Source of the DNA: Octopus sinensis
Taxonomy: Eukaryota
Direction of reading: 5' to 3'
NCBI RefSeq assembly: GCF_006345805.1
Contig: NC_042999.1
Location: forward strand, 59,706,001-59,770,000
DNA length: 64,000 nucleotides
Program-made: the position numbers and the translations under genes
The notes under the pieces: generated by a model
Seen by the model: only the letters and a program-made list of their open reading frames with translations
Database searches by the model: none
Told to the model about the DNA's origin: nothing
Shown: in pieces, positions 51,903 through 64,000 of the stretch
Position numbering within the stretch: the first letter of the stretch is position 1
Layout: each line of letters begins with the position of its first letter

Positions 51903-52301
51903 AAGGCGGTGAGCTGGCAGAAACGTTAGCACGCCGGGCGAAATGCTTAGCGGTATTTCGTCTACCGCTACGTTTTAAGTTCAAATTCCGCTGAGGTCGA
52001 CTTTGTCTTTCATCCTTTCGGGGTCGATAAATTAAGTACCAGTTACGCACTGGGGTCGATATAATCGACATAATCCGTCTGTCTGTCCTTGTTTCTTCTC
52101 TCTGTGTTTAGCCCCTTGTGGGTAGTAAAGAAATAGGTATTTCGTCTGCCGCTACGTTCTGAGTTCAAATTCTGCCGAGGTCGACTTTGCTTTTCATCCT
52201 TTCGGGGGTCGATAAATTAAGTACCAGTTACGTACTGGGGTCGATCTAATCGACTGGCTCCCTCCCCCAAAATTTCGGGCCTTGTGCCTAGAGTAGAAAA
52301 G
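51903..52301 (+). mobile_element. SINE family B dimer with 13-bp TSD
   Basis: GGTATTTCG at 51952 and 52136 (period 184). TSD TATATACGTAGAG at 51890-51902 and 52302-52314. Confidence 0.92.
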
Positions 52302-52838
52302 TATATACGTAGAGGAGAGAGACAGACAGAAGGAATGAAGAGAGAAGTTGTGTATAAGCAAACGTGTAGGTTTCCGGTTACAAATACGCTTAAACGAAAC
52401 AAATACCGTAACCAATAATAAATTAGAAAAAAAAAGACGGGACTCATAAGAAGCTGATGTAAATAATATATTTGATCTGAGACACTATTATGTACAAGTG
52501 ATTGTCTTTGAACAAATATAGGAATATATATATAAACAACTCCTAATCCTCTGAAGCAACGAAACTGGGTTATAAGGAATCAGTATTTGAATAATGGATC
52601 ACCCATTTTTTTTATTATTTTGCATGTCTTTCTATCATGCATGCATGCATGTATGTATGTATTTATGTATGTATGCATGCATGTATGTATGTATGTATGT
52701 ATGTATGTATGTATGTATGTATATATATATATATATATATGCAAACATCATATGTACGTACACACACATACACACGTTATATAATAGTTTGGATAGATGG
52801 GTCTGTATTTATGTGTGTGTGTGAGTGTGTACGTATTC

Positions 52839-52899
<61 letters not shown>

Positions 52900-53974
52900 A
52901 AAAATGGAATAAGAACGTAACAGACGACAATAAAAACATACGGACAGATAGACGATACAAAGACGGACAGGAAAAAACAAGGACGGATCATTCGTGGCCT
53001 TCTATTCATCAGTCGAGTTTCCAAATTATCATTACAGTTTCGGCCTGTTACACTTAAGACTGTTCAAAATTGGCTGGCTCCGAAAATCTAAGCTAAAAGC
53101 ACTAAATTTTTGGAAGAAGGCAAGCGAATGTGTACGACAACACGGGACAAAATAAATATAGAAAACGAATAAAATGCTACACGATTACAAATTCAAACAA
53201 CAAGAGAATAACAACAGGTGTCTTTCGACCTATAAAGACGAATCAAGTTGAGCTGGCGTTTGGAGTGACAGCCTTGAGGCACAAACATAGATGAAGGTCA
53301 GGAGACAGAAAAATAAGAAGCACTGTGCGGGCGGGTGGGCCAAGAAAGAAAGGAGATTATTACAATCTGGTTCTTATTTTATCGATGTCCAAATATCAAA
53401 TTGCTAAGTTACAGTGATACTGCCTCGGTCATTTAGGAATAAAAGAAATCTATTCTTATATAGAAAACAGCAACTACCTGTGGATATTGTAGATTATTGT
53501 CAGACCAATCAGCATAACTAAAATATACTTTTATTATAGTAAGTAATGTGATATTCATTCGGTGCATGATTTCTTTTTTTTTTTAACCTTCCTTTTATCG
53601 TTTATGTTTACAGTCATTAGACAACTGTCATTCTGGGGTACCGCCTTAAAGAATTTTAGTCGAATGAATCGCCCCCAGTGACTATTATCTTTTAAGCTGT
53701 ATTGGACTCTTTTGCCGAAGCGTTAATTTAATGGGACGTGAACACACCAACACATATTGTCAAGCAATGATGGGAGACAAAGACACACACACATCGTTGC
53801 TCTTATGCAAAAGTGTCGTAAGTCCAAAACGTTGCTTTTTCAGAAAACGATATAACTTCCACCATTCCATAGCAAATCTGTTGTACTACACTTCGACAAT
53901 TTTTGATATCTAAAAATCAGTTTAATATCGATGATCCCAATTAGGGACCGTATCAGATATTACGCGGATTAAGA

Positions 53975-54180
53975 TTGGCGGCTGGCTGGCAGAATCGTTA
54001 GCGTGTCGGATAACGTACTTTAGTGGCATTTCGTCCAGCTCTTCAGGCTGTGAGTTCAAATTCTGCCGAAGGCGACTTTGCCCTTCATCCTGTCAGCGTT
54101 GATAAAATAAGACCCGTTGAGCATTGGGATCAATGTAATCGACTAACCCTCCTCGAAATTTAAGGTTATGCACAAATAGT
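53975..54180 (+). mobile_element. SINE family B, diverged monomer
   Basis: CTGGCAGAATCGTTAGCG...GAGTTCAAATTCTGCCGAAGGCGACTTTGCC. Confidence 0.75.
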
Positions 54181-56613
54181 AGAAAGAAGAAAAGAAAATC
54201 ATACTAACTTGTTGACCAATCAGCGAGCTTTCATTCATCCTATGAAGTGTGGAAATGAAAAATAAAAATACAAGTAGCATAAGGCTCTGGGCCCTATAGT
54301 ATTTATTTACTGACAGCAAACTACAACATACTTAGATCAGAACTGTGCCTCTTGACAACACGTGGCTTTTGAGCTTTGAGCCCTGAGTTGCTATGCCGTA
54401 ATGTCACTGGGACAGAGAAAGAATTCTGAAAGGGGGTACGTGAATGTCTGTGTAATCCATGGAATTAAAAGAGATCTGTAAGTGAATGTGTAATCCGTGG
54501 AATTAAAAGAGAACGTCGTAATAATATTTTTTACGTCCTATACAAAGACAGACGCAGCGAGAGCGACGCTTGGACTTATTTATGCTAACAGTTGATCTTT
54601 ACTCCGAGATTGAGTAGACTTTTTTTTATGCTCGAAGGTGTTCTACCTAAGACATTCCAATTATTTATTTTTCAGGCAGTGTATATGGGACTACATTATC
54701 TTACGTGTTAGTCTATCCGTTTTAAAGAGAGTGTGTTATATAATTTGAGCGAGAAAAATTGGCTGCTATTTCTAGAGGGTAAAGAGACCATATAGAAGCT
54801 CCCTCGTTAACTCAATGAATTTTATTGTTTTTTGGAGAGAAAAAAAATTATGGAAGAGCATACGTAAAAGAATAGTATTATAATTATAAAAAACAGAAAT
54901 AAACGAAAGGACTATATATTTATGAACCTTGTTTGCCAAACAGATCTGTTCGGCAAAAAACATCAATCCTCAAGGTAATGTTTGCTATTTACTTACGACA
55001 TATAAGAATTATGTTATTAGAATTATGTTGGTTATTCTTAAAGTCACCAGGAAAAGAATAGGAAAATAAAAATAAAATGAAAATTAGTCATGTATGGAAG
55101 ACCATTCTAGTCACATATTAAGTCCCATTGCCCTGTTGGTAAATAACTTCCACTAAATCTTTGTAATCTTCTTATATTTAATACATTTTAAAGTTATTTA
55201 TGCTATAAACCCCAGAATCTTTTCATAAGTGAGGATATAGAGTATATTAAAGACATTGTTTTGAACCTCTGCATATTTCAACATCTATTGTTGTTTCTTT
55301 TTTCTTTAATCTGTGTTATGCTCCTTGTAAATCTGTCTTGAGTTTATGTGTTTAGCTGTCTCTCTACGTCACACACACAGAGAAAGGGAGAGCGCTAGGC
55401 TTTGCATTCCTTTTAATATACTCTTTTGATGATATATGAAAGCATACTGAATTCTAGATGTCACAAAAGAAAAAAAAAATGATACTGAAGATTGTATGCC
55501 TCAAAAATGTATGTCAGCTCATTAACGTCTTTGAGAAAGACATTCTTATTTACTCCCCTTTTGTGTCTCTGGGGGAATGCTATTTCAGTCTAAAAGAAGT
55601 GGAATAACCATGTGTATAAAGTACTGGTTCACCGATTTATCTCCTCACGTAAATTCATATTCAGTAGACAATGTTAAATGCTGTAATATTGTTCTTGTTT
55701 AGCTCCAGGGTAGCACTAATTAAGTAGTCTTATGATCAAAGGCATTCCACTTGTGACAATTCCATCTTTTATATATATAAATATATCATTACATTATCTG
55801 ATATGTCGCTCTTTGTTTGTTTCAGAGACGGTAGGATGTAATTTGACGGAAATTGGTTGTTGCTATTTCTAGCGAGTCGAAAGCTCGTAGGAGCTCCTTT
55901 CTCGTTCATTGTCTTTCGTGAGGCGTCCGTTCTACTTCATATATTTCATCATCAATCTAATAATTTGCAATAGTTTCTGGACAATTGACTCGAGGGGAAT
56001 CTGTGGAAACGTGACGTGAAGACATTAGCGTTGTTTGTGACAGAAGTATCTTTCAAGATGGCGTTACATGATAGTTAAATTTCTAGGCTGATCGTCTGAT
56101 GTCATTGTTTTACCCTGATTTGGACTTTCCTCTGATCGCCCCACATTTTCAAAAGCATGCTATGACTACATTATATTATTTAATGTGTACCTTTCTGTAA
56201 AATACGAGGTTATGGTGATTGTGTATGATTTTATTTTCTGGAGTTTAAAGCTCCGAAATTCAAAATTTTCAAAATGGGAAATAAATTGATTCTTTTGCGC
56301 ATGCTTAAATTTGCATTATTGATAAATTATTTTTTAAAAAAAGCTGTGAGGAAGCAAAGTATCAGAAAGGAAGGCAAGTACTTACTTGTAATTGTACAAA
56401 GAAAAAAAAAAAAACGAGGATTACTGACGGAATGCTTTTAAAAAAATGCGGGTCTTTAAGAACTTATTTCCCATTTAAAATATTTTCTATTTCGAATCCT
56501 AAAGTCTGGCATAACCGAGAATCGGTTGCTAATTTCAAACAGGTCATCTACAATCTCGAGGCTCCCGTGTTTCAATAAGTTTTGAAAATAACGAAGAATT
56601 CAGTAAAATAACC

Positions 56614-56718
<105 letters not shown>

Positions 56719-57522
56719 TATCATTATTATTATTATTAAAGCTGGTGTTTGGGATATAAATTTATATGAAACTTGAATGGAAAAGTTTTAATTTAGGTGA
56801 CTTGAAAATAGGACGTTCTTATAGGACTACGAATAATGTCAGGTGTGTTCGTATAATAGGGCCAAGTTATAATTATTTCTGATACAGAGTATTGCTTGTT
56901 TTGCTCAGCGTAAATTAGAAAAAAAAAAAAAAAAACTTGGAAAAACAAAACTGTGACACTTCCTTTAAATACCATAAATAGCTATTAAATATTATTACGT
57001 TTTTCAATTGACAATACGCGTGATTGACACAATGACAACGAAATTTATATAATGCCGTTACATGTGACAAATGAAGCACGTTTTTTTTTTCTTTTAGTAT
57101 CCGCAGTAAACTTAAACTGAAATAAAACTCCACCTCAAATCAGTCATTTAATGAAGTTTCCCTGTAATTTTCATCTTTGAATATTCGTTTTTTCCGTGAT
57201 CCCGTGTGTTTAATGCAGTAAAATGTAGGACTAGAAATTAGAGAAGAAGTCTTTCTGCATATCTCGACAAGACTACACAAACTCTACGCTTCTCATATCA
57301 AGAAATTATCGTTGCATCATTGAATCCTCTCCTCACTAATATGCGAAAAGCCGGCTGAAGTAAACGTCTAAGTGGTTCACCGTTCTACAGACATACAATA
57401 CTTTTAATGTAATTCATATGCAGACTCAGTGTGACACACCCGATTTCATTCACAAAGAAGTCGACCCGAGGCTATAGAAATTGTTTGTGTTAGATGCCTT
57501 GTGGCGGAAACCTAAAGAACAA

Positions 57523-57941
57523 AGGTGGCGAGCTGGTAGGAGCGTTAGCACGCCGGGCGAAATGCTTGGCGGTATTTCGTCTGCCTCTACGTTCTGAGTT
57601 CAAATTCCGCCGAGGTCGACTTTGCCTTTCATCCTTTCGGAGTCGATAAATTAAGTACCAGTTACACACTGGAGTCGTTATAATCGACTTAATCCATTTG
57701 TCTGTCCTTGTTTGTCCTCTCTGTGTTTAGCCCCTTGTGGGTAGTAAAGAAATAGGTATTTCGTGTGCCGTTACGTTCTGAGTTCAAATTCCGTCGAGGT
57801 CGACTTTGCTTTTCATCCTTTCGGGGGCGATTAAATAAGTACAAGTTATGCACTGGGGTCGATATAATCGACTTAATGCGTCTGTCTGTCCTTGTTTGTC
57901 TCTGTGTTTAGCCCCTTGTGAGTAGTAAAGAAATAGGTATA
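57523..57941 (+). mobile_element. SINE family B dimer plus first bases of a third unit, 9-bp TSD
   Basis: GGTATTTCG at 57571 and 57755 (period 184). Ends AAATA-GGTAT. TSD AAAGAACAA at 57514-57522 and 57942-57950. Confidence 0.88.
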
Positions 57942-58084
57942 AAAGAACAACTTTCAAGAACAATAATAGGTTATTGACGTAGAAAGTTGTAGGCTTTTTC
58001 CCATATCGAAGTTCGATGAGCTGGAAAAAGTTTTTTTTATAGTTCACAGTTAGGAACTAGGGTAGCTATGAATGCAAATAAATA

Positions 58085-58302
58085 TTCAAATTGAGGTAGA
58101 GGAGCAGGTGAAAATCCAGGCTACATGTTTCCTACCTGGCAGATCCTTGGAAGTGGTAATTACTCAGTGTAGGATAGTCCACTTGCTACTCACCTGGTTG
58201 AAGATATAATTACATGAAGGTTATGTTGTTGTTAAGGAATCCCGAGTTAACTTGCCAGAGGTATAATTTAAAATTTTACCTGCTCCTCTCCCTCAGTTTG
58301 GA
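58085..58302. mobile_element. MITE-like element with ~30-bp imperfect TIRs
   Basis: TTCAAATTGAGGTAGAGGAGCAGGTGAAAAT versus ATTTTACCTGCTCCTCTCCCTCAGTTTGGA, with TA on both flanks. Confidence 0.7.
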
Positions 58303-58324
58303 TATGTGTGTGTGTGCATATATA

Positions 58325-58500
58325 TATAGGGAGGGTTTACGAAAAAAACAAAAGACGATGACAGCTGGTGTACAAAACAAACAGATGTATTAGTATAACG
58401 TTCAGGAATAGAGAAAGTATTTTACGTTTCAAGCCTACACTCTTCTACAGAAAGGGATACAGAAAAAAAACAACGAGAGAAACAAGGAGAGAAAAAAATG
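58325..58500 (-). mobile_element. Penelope-like short repeat with hammerhead-like motif
   Basis: Minus strand TTT-CTGTAGA-A-GAGTGTAGGCTT-GAAAC-GTA-AAA at ~58419-58453. Confidence 0.6.
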
Positions 58501-58524
58501 TGTGTGTGTGTATATATATATATA

Positions 58525-58767
<243 letters not shown>

Positions 58768-59289
58768 GAGAGAGAGCAATAAGAAAATGGAAGGGATCAA
58801 TGGGTGGTTCATCAACTTTTAGACATTATATTATGTCAACTTATTTATTTATTTTCTAAAATGACAATTACAAGAATATACATACATGTATAACATATTA
58901 TGCTTTACATATTTCGGGTGGTGTATTTACATAGATTCTGCAATTTTGGCGGGATCTAAGTGCATACACATTTCTTTGACTATTTTCATTTGATGATGGG
59001 CCACTGAACTCAAAATATAAAGGTTTATCAAAAGCATTCTGCATCGTTAGAAGCTTTCTTCATTTCTCATTCCATTCATTTTTCTAGTTCTGTACCATAC
59101 TGCTTCAAGTGAACTGCAACACTCTTCGTGCATTCATACATACATACACACATACACAGACTCAAACATACATGCATACACATACTCAAAACCTATGCAC
59201 ACACTCTCAAAAACACATGCAAACACACACACACACGCTTTTATGAAAACTGTTACTCAGAGTTTCAATGTAACCATTCATCAGATGAT

Positions 59290-59685
59290 AGGAGTGGCTG
59301 TGTGATAAATAGCTTGCTTACCAACCATATGGTTCCAGGTTCAGTCCCACTGCGTGGCACCTTGGGCAAGTGTCTTCTACTATAGCCTCAGGCCGACCAA
59401 AGCCTTGTGAGTGGATTTGGTAGATGGAAACTGAAAGAAGCCCATCGTATATATATATGTATATGTATATATGTGTGTGTGTTTGGATGTCTGTGTTTGT
59501 CTCCCCAACATCGTTTGACAACAGATGCTGGTGTGTTTACGTCCCCGTAACTTAGTGGTTCGGCAAAAGAGACCAATAGAATAAGTACTAGGCTTACAAA
59601 AAATAAGTCTTGGGGTCGATTTGCTCGACTAAAGGCGGTGCTCCCGCATGACCACAGTCAAAAGACTGAAACAAGTAAAAGAGTA
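59290..59685 (+). mobile_element. SINE family C, full length
   Basis: Complete family-C consensus. Confidence 0.9.
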
Positions 59686-60040
59686 ATGTATGTATGTATA
59701 TATAGTAAATTTTTTAAAAAGCAGGGGAAAAAGACTAGTATAAAGCAACAATGCAAGGACGTAGCATATGCAAAGTATTAACAAAGTCCTCAGAGAAGGA
59801 AAGAGTGGTTGTTTTATGTTTTGAGCACAGCTCTTCTTTGGAAACAGGAGACTTAGTAAAGCCCAAAAGAAAAGTAGAAGGCAAGAGTGATTGTTTTATG
59901 TTTTGAGCTCAGCGCTTGTTTGGAAACAAGAGACTTAGGAAAGTCCAAAAGAAAAGGAAGAAGGAAGAAAAAATCACCAACAGTCCACATGCAGTTACTT
60001 TTTTATACATATATATATAGATGTGTGTATGTGTGTGTGT

Positions 60041-60345
60041 GTGGAGGCGCAATGGCCCAGTGGTTAGGGCAGCGGACTCGCAGTCGGAAGATCGCGGTTT
60101 CGATTCCCAGACTGGGAGTTGTGTGTGTTTATTGAGCGAAAACACCTAAAAGCTCCACGAGGCTCCAGCAGGGGGTGGTGGCGACCCCCGTTGTACTTTT
60201 TCACCACAACTTTCTCTCACTCTCTCTTCATGTTTCTTGTAATGGACTGGCGTCTCGTCCAGCTGGGTGGGGGGGGGGCACATACACCACAGAAACCGGA
60301 AAACCAGGCCCATGAGCCTGGCTAGTCTTGAAAAGGGGTACGTTT
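60041..60345 (+). mobile_element. Chimeric SINE: family-A head and body with the family-D 3' tail
   Basis: Tail ATGGACTGGCGTC-CGTCC-GCTGGG...CATGAGCCTG-CTAG-CTTGAAAAGGG is shared with 6454-6709. Confidence 0.8.
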
Positions 60346-60953
60346 ATCGTTTTATATATAATTTGGCAAATCCCATCAAAGAAATTGATGTGTTTAATGC
60401 TTGTGTGAACCTCTGTCCTGTTGTATCAATAAAATAAGGGCCAGAACCAAAGTTAAATAAATACTGGCATTGATATGAACAATTTATAAATCCTGAAAGT
60501 TGGTGGTTCCCTCTGCATGGCATAGCATAGTGCAGTGATTGAAACCAGTTAAAATATTTGAATTCAAAAACTGTACCAGTTTAATAAACCCAATGCATTG
60601 CCATTTGAATATTTTCCTGTTATTTCTGAGTGTTTTCGTTATTTACATCAAAAACACTGTTGATTTATGTATTGGTATGACAAAGGTATCTTCACCTGCT
60701 GGAATATTGCCATTTTTATATATTGCTATATTATTATTCAATGTCACTATTTTTTGCCTAAAGACAGAATAGATGAACACATACACACACACACACACAC
60801 ACACACGATATGGTGTGACTCTTTGTGTTTGGTGTATATGTGTCTCTTTGTGTTTGGTGTATGTAGCTGTATGTGTTCACATGTATCTGTGTCTTTATAT
60901 AAGTGTACATGTGTGCAGATACATGTGTTATGTAAATACATGTATAGTGTATG

Positions 60954-61029
<76 letters not shown>

Positions 61030-61139
61030 TATATATGTGTGTGTGTTTATATATATATATATATAACTCTCAACCTTGAACTTGTTCGTATAAACTGTCC
61101 CGTTCGTTTTATTTTATTTTCTCATATATTATCTTTTTT

Positions 61140-61343
61140 TACATTCATTTCATCTTCTGCACGCATTTTTTTTCTCTCCTTGTTTCTTTCCGTGTTTCTT
61201 TTCTGTGTATCTTTCTGTTGAAGAGCGTAGGCTCGAAACGTAAAAGACTTGTTTTATTTATATTCCTGAGCGCCATACTAATACAATTGTTTGTTTGTAT
61301 TCCACCTGCCTTCGTCTTTTGTTTATTTTCATAAAGCTTCCTG

Positions 61344-61345
<2 letters not shown>
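61140..61345 (+). mobile_element. Penelope-like short repeat with hammerhead-like motif
   Basis: TCTTT-CTGTTGA-A-GAGC-GTAG-GCTC-GAAAC-GTA-AAAGA at 61210-61247. Confidence 0.65.
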
Positions 61346-61395
<50 letters not shown>

Positions 61396-62039
61396 CATCA
61401 TCATCATTTAATATCCACTTTCCATGCTGGCATGGGTTAGACGGTTTGACTGATGACTGGTGAGCCAGAAAGCTGCACCAGGCTCCCATCTGATCTGGCA
61501 AGCTTTCTACAGCTGGATGCCCTTCCACTCTGAAAGTGTAGTGGGTACTTTTCACATGCCACCGGCATGTTTTCTGCAGCTGTACTAAACTGGGTTTTAT
61601 GAGTTTTCTCCTCTATCCACCTGTTCAGGTCTTTAGGGATAATTCCCAATGGAACCTACAGCAGCTGGGATACATTTTACCCACACTTTCCATAGTCTCT
61701 GTAATTCGATAGCCAGGGCCTGGTACTTTGTTATTTTTTCTATACTTCTCATATTAATGTTAACATCATTTGGGACTGTAAAGTCAATTATCTGACACTC
61801 CCCCTTTTGACCAGGCTCCCGTGGCTTTTATGGGTTTTTCCACCAGAAACCTTTCGTAACGCCTCCCCCTATTGGGAGTTTTTCGTTGTTATAATTTTTC
61901 GTTGTTACACTGTTTTTACACGTTTTTTTTACAAACGGACAAAACCCTTTGTAACTTTCGTCCTGTGTTTTGTCCCTTTATGTTATAATTAAGTTTTGTC
62001 AGACCTTGTGGCCAATAAACGAACGAATTATTATTATCA

Positions 62040-62072
<33 letters not shown>

Positions 62073-62087
62073 TATTATTATTATTAT

Positions 62088-62645
62088 TGAGTGAGAGAGC
62101 AGTGCATGCCATCAAAGTGACACTGGGGTAAAATATACGAAGCCCAATATACCCATCATGACTACCCGTCTGATAAAGGTACACCAGGCACATGCATCAC
62201 AACCATATGTGCGCGACATGGTGATCTCATATCAAGATAAACAGCACATGACCTTGCAGGTAGGGCCCAGTTAGAATTTTCTTCAGGTTGAGTAGCCCAT
62301 TCCGCTCAAAAGGTCCCCGAATAAGGGTTGTTTAAGGATGTTGAAAGAACCACCCATGTTTCCAGAGGTGAATTATTCAAACCCCAAAAATCCCTCTCAA
62401 CACATGGCTATGATGCTCCCCCACTACTTCTGCTCGTGATCAGAGATGCACATATCGTCAGCCACTAAGGGACATGCTCAACTGGTTAAGGTCAAACAAC
62501 TGACAAGCAAATTTGTGGTATTGAGCAGAATATTTGCTGTAGCCCATCTTTTATACCAAGACAAAACAATGTACATGATAACACTTCCAATCAGTTAAGA
62601 TCAGAAGCCATGAGAGCCACTGCCTGGTACTGCATCAGGGCATTT
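62088..62645 (-). mobile_element. ~550-bp (AAT)n-embedded element, copy 2
   Basis: Reverse complement of 20698-21236. Short duplicated pieces of its 5' end lie at 62649-62676. Confidence 0.85.
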
Positions 62646-62703
62646 ATTACTGCATCAGGGCATATTTGGTACTGCATTATTATTATTATTATCATTATTA
62701 TTA

Positions 62704-62742
<39 letters not shown>

Positions 62743-62785
62743 TTATATCTATAAGAATGCCATATTAATATGGCGATAACAATGA

Positions 62786-62877
<92 letters not shown>

Positions 62878-64000
62878 CATTATTATTATTATTAATGTTG
62901 TTGCTGTTATTTTTTAACATTCTGATTTCAAAAGCCACCGAGGTCAACTTTGCCTTTTTCACCCTTTCAGGGGACAATAAAATAAGTACCAGTGATACAC
63001 GATGTAAATAAGCTTCACCCTCACTCCCTCGAATTTCTGGCCTTGTGGTGCCCAAATTGGAAACAATAATTATTAATCATACCATTGTTATTCTTCTTCT
63101 TCTTGTTCTTCTTCTTCCTATTACAGTCTTTATCATTTGTTATTACATGTATGACGGTGTTTTCTATTTGTTATGATCTTCTTTCCTGTACAGTCATAAT
63201 ATTTTTTCTTTTCTAGGATTGTAATGTTTATTTCCATGTTATATGGATAAGGTTAGGAATATCTTTTCTTCTCCGTCATGTCTTTCGTTGTAGTTGTTGC
63301 TGTTGTTGTTGTTGTCGTTGTTACTGTTTACCATTCCTCTCTTGTGTTTCAATGTTTGTTTGCGTTTTCTTTTTAAAAAAAATTTTTTTTTTGTTTTGTA
63401 TTTCCGTATTTTGTTTTCGTGTTGTTGTTCCTGAAATGTCTGTCTCTATGGACCTGTTTTTGTCAACCCCCCACCCTAAACTTTTCTTTTACAAATGTGT
63501 TGTTTTGTTTTGTTTTGACCTTCTTTGTGTGTGTTTTTGTCTTTTTTCCCTTCACACATGTTTGGTGACATATGTCTTTTACCGGCTTTCCTTGTCTTTA
63601 ATTTTTAGCTGTTTGTTTATGGAAACATGCTTTTATGCTTCTCTTCTCTCTCTCTCTCTTTCCCTCTCTCTTCTCTCTCTCTCTCTTCCCTCTCTCTTCT
63701 CTCTCTCTCTCTCTTTCCCTCTCTCTTCTCTCTCTCTCTCTCTACAACTTTTCTAATTAATGCTATGTCAATTTCTTTATTAACCAATGAGGTTGAGAAA
63801 AAGACGGGACAATACGAGGACAGACAAAACAAACATCGGGATCAGGGTATCGAATGAGACGAAACGTATGAATAAATAAACATTTAAAATATATACAAGT
63901 ATATTTGCCACTGAAATATGGCTAAGCGCTAAGGATGGATGCTACTGTACCTTGTAGCCTCAGGAGAACATCTTTGGGGCTACAAGCTACAAGCTACAGT

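Noticed and set aside
56005-56070. Promoter-like motifs (TGACGTG, CAAGATGGCG; the latter also at ~41985 on the minus strand)
   Set aside because: Short motifs like these are expected by chance in 64 kb, and there is no CpG island or downstream ORF.

Overview
Eukaryotic, very AT-rich DNA saturated with repeats, with one 100-N scaffold gap (30941-31040). The SINE families and microsatellite load resemble what I recall from octopus (coleoid cephalopod) genomes; this is inference, not a database match. I cannot support any intact host protein-coding gene, and nearly all long ORFs in the supplied track are translated microsatellites. Supported content: (1) decayed DNA transposons, namely a full-length Tc1 DD34E element with ~110-bp TIRs, a maT DD37D fragment, a pogo/Tigger fragment and MITEs; (2) LINE remnants, namely an R4/Dong-type RLE 3' end in (AAT)n, a second RLE-like 3' end and a CR1-like 3' end; (3) dozens of tRNA-derived SINE copies or fragments in four families (working labels A-D). 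Most notable observations: a near-identical 490-bp unit arranged as inverted plus tandem copies, joined at a hairpin by microhomology; seven Penelope-type minimal hammerhead-ribozyme-like motifs, five with a variant CUGUNGA core; SINE-B dimers each flanked by a single TSD; SINE-A heads with four different tails; a 102-bp near-perfect palindrome; a SINE locus duplicated with an internal inversion; and possible decayed exons at 34.8-36.4 kb and 3.1-3.3 kb.
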